A stretch of 40,379 bases of DNA, from assembly GCA_963737905.1 (NCBI GenBank), contig CAVTUQ010000035.1, positions 1-40,379 on the forward strand, read 5' to 3'. Positions 27,681 to 36,310 of the stretch are shown here, one piece after another. Source of the DNA: an uncultured delta proteobacterium (GTDB taxonomy: Bacteria > Desulfobacterota > Binatia > UBA9968). Positions within the stretch are counted from its first letter, which is position 1; each line of letters starts with the position of its first letter. Under the pieces are notes generated by a model. The model was not told the origin of the DNA. It worked only from the letters and a program-made list of their open reading frames with translations, and searched no databases. The translations under genes and the position numbers were made by a program.

Positions 27681-28658
27681 GTGAAAATTGCGGTTCTCGA
27701 CGACTACCAGCGCGCCTTCGAAGGCACGGAAGCCATTCAACGGCTCCGCCAAAGGCTAGACGTTCAAATCTTGACCGAAAAGCTTCCTACGGAAGAGGCG
27801 CTGATTTGCGCCCTCAACGGCGTGCGAGCTATCATTCCCATTCGCGAGCGCACTAAGTTCCCGGCTTCCTTGCTGCAATCGCTCACCGATCTCGAATTTA
27901 TCTCCCAAACCGGCAATCACGTCTACCATATCGACATGGTGGCCGCCACCGATGCCGGAATCGTCGTCGCCATGGCTCCGGGCCGCAACAGTACGGCCGA
28001 GTTGGCTTTTGGCCTGATGCTTGCCGTCATGCGCCGCATACCACAGAGCGATCAAGCTATGCGGCGAGGCGAGTGGCCCTTGGTATTAGGTCACGTCCTT
28101 CGAGGAAAGACTCTTGGGATTTTGGGGCTTGGGAAGATCGGCACTGAGGTGGCCGAGATCAGTCGCGCCTTCGGGATGAAGGTCATCGCTTGGGGTCCGA
28201 CCCTGACTCCGGAGCGCGCGAGTCGATCGCAAGCAACGTTCCTGCCACTGGACGACGTCCTGAAACAAGCCGATGTGGTTTCCGTTCACCTGGCGTTGTC
28301 CGAGCAAAGCAAGAATCTCCTCAATGAAGTGCGACTGCGGCTCATGAAGAAATCGGCCTACCTCATCAACACGGCGCGGGGCGCGATCGTGGATGAGCGA
28401 GCCCTGGTAAAAATCCTCGAAGAACAGACCATCGCCGGAGCGGCCCTGGACGTCTTTGTAGAAGAGCCATTGGCGGCAAATCATCCGCTGCTGCGACTTG
28501 ACAACGTGGTCCTCACGCCGCACTTGGGCTGGCCGACGGATTCTGGTTTCGCGGGCTTTGCGGAAAATGCCGTCACTAACATCCTCGATTACATGGACGG
28601 CAAACTGACCCGGGTTATCAATCCCGAAGCGCTGCAAAACCGCCGCAGGCGCGGCTGA
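27681..28658 (+). CDS. D-2-hydroxyacid dehydrogenase family protein
   Basis: MKIAVLDDYQ, IRERT, GLGKIG, NTARG, DVFVEEP, TPHLG. Confidence 0.93.
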   Translation: MKIAVLDDYQRAFEGTEAIQRLRQRLDVQILTEKLPTEEALICALNGVRAIIPIRERTKFPASLLQSLTDLEFISQTGNHVYHIDMVAATDAGIVVAMAPGRNSTAELAFGLMLAVMRRIPQSDQAMRRGEWPLVLGHVLRGKTLGILGLGKIGTEVAEISRAFGMKVIAWGPTLTPERASRSQATFLPLDDVLKQADVVSVHLALSEQSKNLLNEVRLRLMKKSAYLINTARGAIVDERALVKILEEQTIAGAALDVFVEEPLAANHPLLRLDNVVLTPHLGWPTDSGFAGFAENAVTNILDYMDGKLTRVINPEALQNRRRRG

Positions 28659-28672
28659 TCCAGAAGACATAC

Positions 28673-28760
28673 TCACCGCGGAGGCACTGAGCGCGCAGAG
28701 TAAAGAGTTCTTGGTCAAGAAGGACTCCGATCTCTGCGAACTCTTGCGTCTCTGCGGTGA
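28673..28760. repeat. Inverted repeat TCACCGCGGAGGCAC...GCGTCTCTGCGGTGA between convergent genes
   Basis: Terminal and internal dyads (CGCAGAG/CTCTGCG); a related copy lies at 39438-39541. Confidence 0.7.
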
Positions 28761-28805
28761 AATCGGGCTGTTCCTGGGTTACGGGCCGGACGGCTCGGAA
28801 CCCAG

Positions 28806-30086
28806 TCAGGCCGGCTTGATCTTTGTGCTGTAAAAAAGCCGGTTGTCCTGATCGATGAATTCAACCAAAGCATGGACCGGCTCCACCTTCGGATCCACCG
28901 TGATTTTTGCAAAATTAAAATTTTCCGCCAAGAAGAACTCAAACCGTTTTGCCGTTCCATTGGTAATCCGATTCAAAGGCGCCGCTAGCGGCCCGGCGGT
29001 GATGTCTCTCAAGCCGCCGCTCTTGGGGATTCGCGTGATGGCTGCGCAATGGAGATCGGCGCTGAGGAAAATAACGCCGGTGATTTTTTTTTCCTTGATG
29101 TATCGAAGGATCTCCGCCCTTTCACCGGGGTAACCATCCCAACGGTCTTTGCCGCCGCCTGCCATCGGCACCGATGTCGCAACGAATTTGAAGATCGTTT
29201 CCGACCGGGAGATCTCCTCGAATAACCAGTCCCTCTGGGTTTTCCCGAGCATCGTTCCGTGTTTCCGGTCTCGATATTGCCGGGTGTCGAGCAAGAACAG
29301 CTCCAGCGCTTTGCCCCAACGAAACGATCGATAGATCCGTGTGGGTTCATTCGGATGTCGCCGTATCGGCCAGTAGTCCAAAAACGCCTTTCTTCCTATG
29401 GGCGCCAAAGGGTTTTCTGGAAGATAATCGTCGGCCACTTCATGATCGTCCCAGATCACATAAGTATTGGTCTCCCCGAAACAAAGCTGGGTCGCGACAT
29501 CGTCGCGGTTGGCTCGATATTTCGCCCAGAACTCGCTCAGCTGGCGCGCATCGCCGCCCCGGTCGGCATAGATCGTATCTCCCAGGTGCAAAAAGAAATC
29601 CGGATGTTGCGCGCGAATCGCGTTCATGATCGTAAAGGGTTGGTAGCTTTCTCTCGTGTCGCCGCTGCAGCAAAACGATACTTTCGCCGCATCGTCCGGT
29701 TTCGGCGCGGTGACAAAGCGCGCGATGTATCCCGGTTGCTTGCCGATCACAACGGCACGGTAATAGTACGGGGTAGCCGGCTCAAGCTTTTGGAGGTCAA
29801 TCAATGCCGTGTGATCGGCGTCCCTGTCCACCGGGAATGGTCCGGTTAAGGAAAAGTCGCTGAGACTCGGCTCCTTGCTGTACTGTAAGAACACCTCGCT
29901 ATCCGGTTCTGCGCGAAGCCAAACCATGGCTCCGTCGGGAGTCACATCTCCGGCCACATAGCACAGGGATAGGCCTGTTCTGCTATCTGTGCGGGTCAGA
30001 GCCGGAGTACAGGCAGACTCCCCAAACAGCGCAGGCATGGCGATGCCGGCGCTCCCAAGGAGTCGTAAGAATTCTCGTCGAGTCAT
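28806..30086 (-). CDS. phoD: Alkaline phosphatase D family protein with a Tat signal
   Basis: TRREFL Tat motif; GDV, HLGDTIYAD, WDDHEV, LDTRQYR, DRWDGY, LSADLH. Confidence 0.9.
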   Translation of the reverse strand: MTRREFLRLLGSAGIAMPALFGESACTPALTRTDSRTGLSLCYVAGDVTPDGAMVWLRAEPDSEVFLQYSKEPSLSDFSLTGPFPVDRDADHTALIDLQKLEPATPYYYRAVVIGKQPGYIARFVTAPKPDDAAKVSFCCSGDTRESYQPFTIMNAIRAQHPDFFLHLGDTIYADRGGDARQLSEFWAKYRANRDDVATQLCFGETNTYVIWDDHEVADDYLPENPLAPIGRKAFLDYWPIRRHPNEPTRIYRSFRWGKALELFLLDTRQYRDRKHGTMLGKTQRDWLFEEISRSETIFKFVATSVPMAGGGKDRWDGYPGERAEILRYIKEKKITGVIFLSADLHCAAITRIPKSGGLRDITAGPLAAPLNRITNGTAKRFEFFLAENFNFAKITVDPKVEPVHALVEFIDQDNRLFYSTKIKPA

Positions 30087-30092
30087 GCCCGT

Positions 30093-30593
30093 TTAGACGT
30101 GGATTTTTCCCCAAAGAATCTCGCAGAGCCAGCCGGCTAGGAACGGAAAGAAAAAACTGACGGCGAATCTTACCGCCACGATTTTGGGACCGAGAAAGGG
30201 AATCTCCCACATGATGATGCGCTGCATCCCGAATAGAGACCAGGCTGTCAGATAGGAAATCAAAGGACCGACACCAACCCCAACTTTAAAAAGAGAAGCG
30301 ATAATCGGAAAGTGAGTCATGGGGCCGCCGGGAGTCAGACTTCCGAGAGTCATACCGATCAGTATGCCCCTCGCGCCTGATCCGTGCCCCATCCATTTGA
30401 CGATCAATTCTTGAGGGACGATGGCCTGAATCAGACCTGCGAGCGTAAAAGCGGCCAGCATACGCGGAATGATCTCGAGGATGAGAGCGCCGGTAGCGCT
30501 CATTCCGCGGCTGGCTGCCGCAGGCGACTTCCAGTAGACGGCGGCAAGCGTGACCACCGCCGCGACCATCATAACCGCAGTTGAGGTGTCCAT
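30093..30593 (-). CDS. Small permease (DUF318/ArsP-like half-size)
   Basis: Start ATG 30593 after AAGGAG; LAGLIQAIVP, WMGHGSGARG, GSLTPGGP, YLTAWSL; ends 6 bp before phoD. Confidence 0.8.
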   Translation of the reverse strand: MDTSTAVMMVAAVVTLAAVYWKSPAAASRGMSATGALILEIIPRMLAAFTLAGLIQAIVPQELIVKWMGHGSGARGILIGMTLGSLTPGGPMTHFPIIASLFKVGVGVGPLISYLTAWSLFGMQRIIMWEIPFLGPKIVAVRFAVSFFFPFLAGWLCEILWGKIHV

Positions 30594-30712
30594 GGATCTC
30601 CTTAAAATAATATGGAAGTTCTCTCGATGTGACATGGATGCGTTTCGACGGGGTGCAAAATGAATCTTAACTGTAGACACCGGCCGCCGAATTTTCAAGG
30701 AGGGGCGCGTTT

Positions 30713-30784
30713 CGCCTATAGCTGATAGCTTATCACTTAGATGGAACCAGGAAACCATAGGCTATAAGCTATACGCCATAAGCC
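30713..30784. repeat. Heptamer-based hairpin repeat CGCCTATAGCTGATAGC...GCTATAAGCTATACGCCATAAGCC
   Basis: Aligns with 34187-34258, including the loop sequence ATnGAACCAnGnAACC. Confidence 0.7.
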
Positions 30785-30843
30785 AACTGAAGCGATGCGA
30801 TTAAGCGCGGCGAAGCCCATGAAGCTTTTTCCCTGCTATATAG

Positions 30844-32010
30844 CTACGGCTTGACGATGAACGAAGGCTCTTCTTCCGCTTTGCTCTTCTCCTGGGATAG
30901 ATAGAAGGCAAAACTCTTCTGCACGAGACCGGTGAGAAAGGAGATATCCAACGGCCCGGGATCTCCCTCTTTGATTTGTTGCGCTACCGCCAGCGCGAGT
31001 TTAGCGATTGACATGCGGCCGGCTTCGACGAAATAAAAAGCCATATCTTCCATTCGCCGTTGCATGATCTTTCCGGTCTCCCCCGTGCAGAGCGTCTTTA
31101 TGGCGTCACGGATGATACCGGCGACGCGTTCTTCCTTTTGCATGGGGTTGAGCACTAGGCGGCTCGTCTGTGCTTCCTGTAGCTGCCCGAGAAAGGGCTC
31201 TACCCAATCCGAGTCCAAGATCCAGAAACGAAACTCCGGCTCGTCGAGGAGTTGCCGCGACAGCTCTCGCCAAGCTCCTTCTCGAATTTCTGCAGAACCG
31301 AGCCTCTGATACACGGGGTGCTCCTGCTCTTTGGGCTTCCCCGTGTTTAGCATCGACCGCAGCTGGTGAAAATTTTCCAATCCGCTTCGACCCGTCGACT
31401 TGGCCTTTTCGAAGCTTTCGTAAAGCATCCTGTCGGCATATTCCCACGGAACCGAGACCATGTTTAACCCGTGTTGCTTTTTGATTTCCTCCGCCATGTT
31501 GCGCAGTTCCTTACGGCGAATATGCGCGCCGCCGATACGTTGGAGCCCTTCCCGGTCACTGATCATCGCCTGAATCGTTTGCAGGCCGTGGCCTGCTTGC
31601 GGTTTGGCGATCCACACAAGCCGGCCGCCCGCTCCGTCCACCGGCGACATGTAGCCCTCGATCTCCGGCGATCGGCCCAAGATTGGAGCCGGTGATGTCT
31701 CCTCTCCCCTCTGGTTTTCCGCAATCGCCAATCCCTTCTGCGACAGTCTGAACAAGGAGCGACGGATCTCCTTTTTGAACTCTTTATCCCCCGCTCCTTT
31801 TTCAATTCGCAGTAAAGCCTCGGCCGCCGCCGAGTCGGCAATTTTCCCCAGCGAGAAGACAATGGCCAGATCCGTTTCCCGTCCCTTGCCTAATTGCTCT
31901 TCGAGATGAGGCACAAGCTCCGGAGAGACGTCATCGAGCTTCAAGCCTGATCGGCGCAACTGCTCGCTGCCTCTCTGGATTTCTTCTTCGTGGAATTTCT
32001 TCTTCGCCAA
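30844..32010 (-). CDS. Hypothetical protein with a HEAT-like N-terminal helical pair
   Basis: 388-aa ORF with a TTG start after AGGA; AIVFSLGKIADSAAAEALLRI...KEIRRSLFRL. Confidence 0.75.
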   Translation of the reverse strand: MAKKKFHEEEIQRGSEQLRRSGLKLDDVSPELVPHLEEQLGKGRETDLAIVFSLGKIADSAAAEALLRIEKGAGDKEFKKEIRRSLFRLSQKGLAIAENQRGEETSPAPILGRSPEIEGYMSPVDGAGGRLVWIAKPQAGHGLQTIQAMISDREGLQRIGGAHIRRKELRNMAEEIKKQHGLNMVSVPWEYADRMLYESFEKAKSTGRSGLENFHQLRSMLNTGKPKEQEHPVYQRLGSAEIREGAWRELSRQLLDEPEFRFWILDSDWVEPFLGQLQEAQTSRLVLNPMQKEERVAGIIRDAIKTLCTGETGKIMQRRMEDMAFYFVEAGRMSIAKLALAVAQQIKEGDPGPLDISFLTGLVQKSFAFYLSQEKSKAEEEPSFIVKP

Positions 32011-32072
32011 GAAAATTTCCTAGTTCAGGAATGGCCTTGAAATATTCAACGGCACGACTTTGGGAAAATTTA

Positions 32073-32256
32073 TCGCACCAAGCATGTCCTGAGGCGTCGA
32101 AGGGACGCCAAGCACGCAATGTGACGGGCAAGGCCTGTCATCCTGAGCGAAAGCGAGGGATCTGAGAAAGATTTCTCCCGGAGTTTGCCCTGAGCTTGCC
32201 GGAGGGATCGAAATGACAATGTGTTCTTCCTTGGCGTCCTTTGCGTCTTTGCGCGA
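32073..32256. repeat. Nested cluster of three palindromic repeat families
   Basis: Outer TCGCACCAAG..ACGCCAAG / CTTGGCGTCCTTTGCGTCTTTGCGCGA; inner TGTCAT...ATGACA at 32136-32218; two CCTGAG..CG.AGGG units at 32083-32104 and 32187-32206. Confidence 0.7.
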
Positions 32257-32263
32257 GTCATCT

Positions 32264-33206
32264 CTATGCTTTGGTCAGATCGGATAATTTGCCCGGGCGT
32301 CCGGCGAACGCGAAGTTGGGCCATTCCTCCATTTGCGCATCGCGATAATTTTCCCGATACCATTTGGCGACTTCTCCGGCCGGTGCGAACCAGACTTTGC
32401 CATGGCTTTTGGCATAGCGGATAAACTCGCGGAGCATGTGAGCGCGGAAAGGCCTGCCGCCGACGAAGGGGTGGTTACCCCAAACCATGAATTTAGGATC
32501 TGTTTCACCCTCCTCATAGAGACAATCGAAACAGTCCTTCCACATCTGCAGCAGATCGCGTGGCGTTCTTCCGGCGCGCTGATAGCTCGAGTAGTCGTTC
32601 AGATCCTGAAAATAGGACAATACGGTGATTTCTTTTCCTTTGACCTTGAGCGTGTAGGGTGTTTCCTGGTGCTGCGGATCCATCCAGTAAGTGTAACCAC
32701 ACTCCACGATCACTTCCGGTGTATTGACGCTGGGCGCGATTCCCGTCGAGAGATAGCCCACCGGCGCTTTGCCGACGACTTTCTTGACGACATCGACGGT
32801 CTTCTGAAGGTCCTTCTTCTCCTTGTCGCGCTTTTTCATGTAACTATAGTCGTGAATCCAGGTCTCCGTGCCAACTTCGTGCCCGTACTCAGCCGCCTCT
32901 TTAAAGATTTCCGGATAATTCTGGACCGTGATCCCGGTGGGGAAAAATGAGGTTTTGATTTGTTCTTTCTCAAAAATCTCAAGAAAGCGATAAATACCCT
33001 ACCCGCTCACCGAACTCACGGTCAGTGATGACCCCCAGATCCTTTTTCGTCAACGCATTCTTCGGAAAGCCCCGCCGATTCTGTTGCTGCCGTGAATTTG
33101 CGCTGCCTAGATCCTCCGGCCACGTCTCGAAGGCAACGCATGGCGTGATGGCGATGCGCGCCCCCTCGGGCCATTTAATCGGTTGTCGCCTGGGTCTTAC
33201 TTTCAT
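32264..33206 (-). pseudogene. Polysaccharide deacetylase / PuuE-allantoinase-like hydrolase, split by a +1 frameshift that may be a sequencing error
   Basis: ATG 33206 after AGGAGG; IKWPEGARIAI...AFE. Removing one C at 32997-32999 joins FGERVGIYRFLEIFEK...GHEV to the 32264..32839 ORF (FDCLYEEG, HPFVGGRP, VWFA), giving 313 aa. Confidence 0.85.
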
Positions 33207-33371
33207 ACTGCCTCCTCTCTGCCATGAAGTTTGATTAGTCATGCCACAGTTCGACTGCGTTTCCAACCGTTTCGAAACAACGGCGATCGCGTCGTCGCCC
33301 TTGACTTGCGTGGGGATGCCGGCTAATTGAAAAGACACCAACGACCGATTGCAATGTAGGAGGCTTCAGCC

Positions 33372-34163
33372 ATGGCAGAAGGAAAAATGATTGAATACCG
33401 CGTGGAAAACGGCGTCGCAGTATTGGAAATCAACCGGCCGCCCGTGAATAGTTACACGACGGAACTTCTTAAGGAGCTTGACGCGGCGGTTCTCGAGGCC
33501 CGCTTTGACGACAACGTTCACGCCATCGTGATCACCGGCAAGGTAGAGAAGTTTTTCTCGGCCGGCGCGGACATCAATATGCTGTCCAGCAAATCTCTCT
33601 CCTTCAAGAACAACTTCGCTCTTCACGGCCACGAGGTGCTCATGCGCCTTGAGAATACCCCCAAGATTGTCGTCGCGGCCGTCAACGGCCACGCCGTCGG
33701 CGGCGGGCTGGAAATCGCCATGGCTTGCGATATCCGCATTGCAAAGAAGGAAGGCGGCCGGGTCGGGCTGGCCGAGATCAATCTCGGCGTGATGCCGGGC
33801 ATGGGCGGCACGCAAAGATTACCGCGCCTGGTCGGTAAAGCTCGCGCGATGGAGCTATGCGTGACGGGCAAGACGATCGCTTTCGAGGAGGCGTTGGACA
33901 TGGGCCTCGTCCACTACATCTACGAGCGCGAAAAGTTTATGGAACAAGTCTTAGATTATGCCCGGCAATTTATTGTGCCGAACAAGAGCAGTATGGCCGT
34001 CGGCAAAGTTAAACGCGCCATTCAAACCGGGCTGGAATTGTCCTTGCCGGATGGCCTCGCTTTCGAGAGAGAACTTCTGGCGCAAACCTTCGGCAGCGAA
34101 GACGGTCAGGAAGGCGTAAAAGCCTATCTCGAAAAGAGAACCGCACAATTCAAAGGCAAGTAA
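33372..34163 (+). CDS. Enoyl-CoA hydratase/isomerase family protein
   Basis: INRPPVN, FFSAGADI, AVNGHAVGGGLE, AEINLGVMPGMGGTQRLPR, GVKAYLEKR. Confidence 0.93.
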   Translation: MAEGKMIEYRVENGVAVLEINRPPVNSYTTELLKELDAAVLEARFDDNVHAIVITGKVEKFFSAGADINMLSSKSLSFKNNFALHGHEVLMRLENTPKIVVAAVNGHAVGGGLEIAMACDIRIAKKEGGRVGLAEINLGVMPGMGGTQRLPRLVGKARAMELCVTGKTIAFEEALDMGLVHYIYEREKFMEQVLDYARQFIVPNKSSMAVGKVKRAIQTGLELSLPDGLAFERELLAQTFGSEDGQEGVKAYLEKRTAQFKGK

Positions 34164-34186
34164 AGGGACCCTGGACTGCCGGAAAT

Positions 34187-34311
34187 CGCATATGGCTGAT
34201 CGCTTAGGGCATATGGATCGAACCAAGGAACCTACGCTATAAGCCATAGGCGATACGCCGATCAGAGCGCCGCGCCGTTTGAACCTTTTGAACGGCTTGA
34301 ACGATTTGAAC
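34187..34311. repeat. Composite repeat (reverse copy of 14939-15036)
   Basis: Hairpin CGCATATGGCTGATCGC...GCTATAAGCCATAGGCG followed by (TTGAACnnn)x4. Confidence 0.75.
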
Positions 34312-34336
34312 TTTAATACTTGTTGGAGGTTAGCTA

Positions 34337-35800
34337 ATGGCAAAGATGTTGATTGGCGGAGAGCTGGTTGACTCCGTCGGCAAAGACACGTACGAAGTCC
34401 GCAACCCGGCGACAGGTGCCGTGGTGGATACCGCTCCAAAGGGCAATGAGAAAGACGTTCTGCAGGCGATCCAGGCGGCTGAGACCGCTTTCAAGGAATG
34501 GTCCGATGTCACCGCGGAAGATCGCGGCAACGCTCTTATGAGCGCCTGCGAGCTGATCAAAAAGAACAGCGGTGAGATCGCCCAACTACTGACCCAGGAG
34601 CAGGGCAAGACCCTTTTCGAAGCCGGTTTGGAAATTCACCACCTGGTTCACGGCCTTGAATTCTACGCCGGGCTGGCCTCGAAAGTGCGCGGCGCTCATG
34701 TGCCGCTGCCTCAAAAAGGCGCCTACGGCATGGTCATTCGCCAACCCATCGGCGTGTGCGGTGGGATCGTGCCCTGGAATTTCCCTTTAACCTTAATGGG
34801 CACCAAGCTCGGCCCTGCATTGGCCGCTGGCAACACGATCATCATCAAGCCGGCCAGCACGACGCCTCTCGCAACCGTTCGTGCCATCGAATTAATCCAG
34901 CAGGCGACCTTTGGCGAAGGAAAAGCGCAAAAGCAAATGACCAAGGGCGCGGTCAACGTCGTCACCGGCCCGGGCGGCACTGTCGGTGAAGAGATTTTGC
35001 GCAACCCGCGCATCCGCCGCATCGCGTTTACCGGCTCGACTCCCGTCGGCCGTCACGTCATGGAAGTCGCCGGCCGTGAGATCAAACGAGTCACTCTAGA
35101 GCTTGGCGGGAGCGATCCGATGATCGTCATGGAAGACGCCAATTTAGATATGGCCGTGAAGATGGCCGACATCGGCCGCTTCTTTAACTGCGGTCAAATG
35201 TGTCTTGGCGTAAAGCGCTTGTTCCTCCACGAATCGATCGCCGAAAAATTTGTCGGCGGCCTGGTGGAAATTCTCAAGAAGAAAACCGTTGGCAACGGCA
35301 TGAGCAAGGAAACCCGCATGGGCCCGATTCATATCGAGTCCCAGAGGCAAGAAGTGGAAGAGCAGGTGGAGGACGCCAAGTCCCGCGGCGCCAAAACGCT
35401 GATCGGCGGCGAGCGCGCCAAGGGAGGTGACCTCGACAAGGGCTTTTTCTATTTGCCGACCTTGCTTAGCGACGTTCCCGAGGATGCGCGGGTCACCAAG
35501 GAAGAGGTTTTCGGTCCAGCGCTGCCTGTCTACACATTCAAGACGATCGACGAAGCCATTGAAAAGGCCAACGGTTCGGAGTTCGGACTTGGCTCTTCGA
35601 TCTGGACGCGCAATCTAGTCTACGCCAACAAGGCCATCGACAAGCTCCAGGCCGGCAATGTCTGGGTCAACTCGCTTCACTACGGTTACGACGAGCTTCC
35701 CTTCGGCGGCGTCAAGTCCAGCGGTGTTGGCCGCGAGCACGGCCCGGAGGCCTCGGATTATTACCTTGAGCCCAAAGGTGTCGTTGTCGTCAACGTTTGA
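34337..35800 (+). CDS. NAD(P)-dependent aldehyde dehydrogenase
   Basis: PWNFP, KPAS, FTGST, LELGG, NCGQMC (catalytic Cys), EEVFGP, PFGGVKSSGVGRE. Confidence 0.95.
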   Translation: MAKMLIGGELVDSVGKDTYEVRNPATGAVVDTAPKGNEKDVLQAIQAAETAFKEWSDVTAEDRGNALMSACELIKKNSGEIAQLLTQEQGKTLFEAGLEIHHLVHGLEFYAGLASKVRGAHVPLPQKGAYGMVIRQPIGVCGGIVPWNFPLTLMGTKLGPALAAGNTIIIKPASTTPLATVRAIELIQQATFGEGKAQKQMTKGAVNVVTGPGGTVGEEILRNPRIRRIAFTGSTPVGRHVMEVAGREIKRVTLELGGSDPMIVMEDANLDMAVKMADIGRFFNCGQMCLGVKRLFLHESIAEKFVGGLVEILKKKTVGNGMSKETRMGPIHIESQRQEVEEQVEDAKSRGAKTLIGGERAKGGDLDKGFFYLPTLLSDVPEDARVTKEEVFGPALPVYTFKTIDEAIEKANGSEFGLGSSIWTRNLVYANKAIDKLQAGNVWVNSLHYGYDELPFGGVKSSGVGREHGPEASDYYLEPKGVVVVNV

Positions 35801-35936
35801 GTAACGATTCTTCCTAAACACCGAACTCCGCTAGCTGGGTGCTCGAAGTGACGAGTCTACACAACCGGGTTTCTGCTTGGCCAGACAAGAAAACAGAAGC
35901 CCGGTTAAATTTTTTACAACGCAAGCGATCCTGCAC

Positions 35937-35973
35937 TGCCTAAAAATTAGATCTGCCGCCCAAATTTTCATCA
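35937..35973. promoter_or_regulatory. Tandem candidate NtrC-family enhancer sites
   Basis: TGCCTAAAAATTAGATC and CGCCCAAATTTTCATCA start 20 bp apart, about 140-170 bp upstream of the sigma54 site. Confidence 0.35.
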
Positions 35974-36109
35974 GTCTCTTTCGTTCGACAACCCCTCCGA
36001 CCGACAATTTGCCGGGCGTTGCGGTGTTGATTTTTATTTTTTCTGTCTTTCGGAACAGTTACGACGAAAGTATTAGGGTCACACATCTACGGGCAACGCA
36101 ACCAACGGC

Positions 36110-36124
36110 TGGTACACTCTTTGC
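36110..36124 (+). promoter_or_regulatory. Sigma54 (-24/-12) promoter of the cyn operon
   Basis: TGGTAC-ACTCT-TTGC matches TGGCAC-N5-TTGC with correct GG/GC spacing. Confidence 0.75.
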
Positions 36125-36212
36125 GTTTCGGTTTTGGCGTAGAGTACTACTCAGATCGCGCAGCTAAGTGATCTCGATCTGCAGTGCTTCGCAGGACTCA
36201 TGAGTTTTGTTT

Positions 36213-36288
36213 GCCCGTAACAATGCCGTTACGGGCGCAAAGGCAAAGGCGCCGAAATTCCCAACGGAATTCGTGCGCCTTATTTTTT
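36213..36288 (+). promoter_or_regulatory. ANTAR-protein target RNA: twin hexaloop hairpins overlapping an intrinsic terminator
   Basis: P1 GCCCGTAAC-AATGCC-GTTACGGGC and P2 GGC-AAAGGC-GCC both have A1/G4 loops. Terminator AAGGCGC...GCGCCTT-ATTTTTT (36246-36288) overlaps P2. Confidence 0.85.
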
Positions 36289-36310
36289 GCCTAAACTAGG
36301 AGGGTAAACC

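Noticed and set aside
33372-35800. Enoyl-CoA hydratase plus aldehyde dehydrogenase as benzoyl-CoA (box) pathway genes
   Set aside because: The hydratase is a single 263-aa crotonase domain, and no boxA/boxB or CoA ligase is in the window, so the substrate cannot be assigned.
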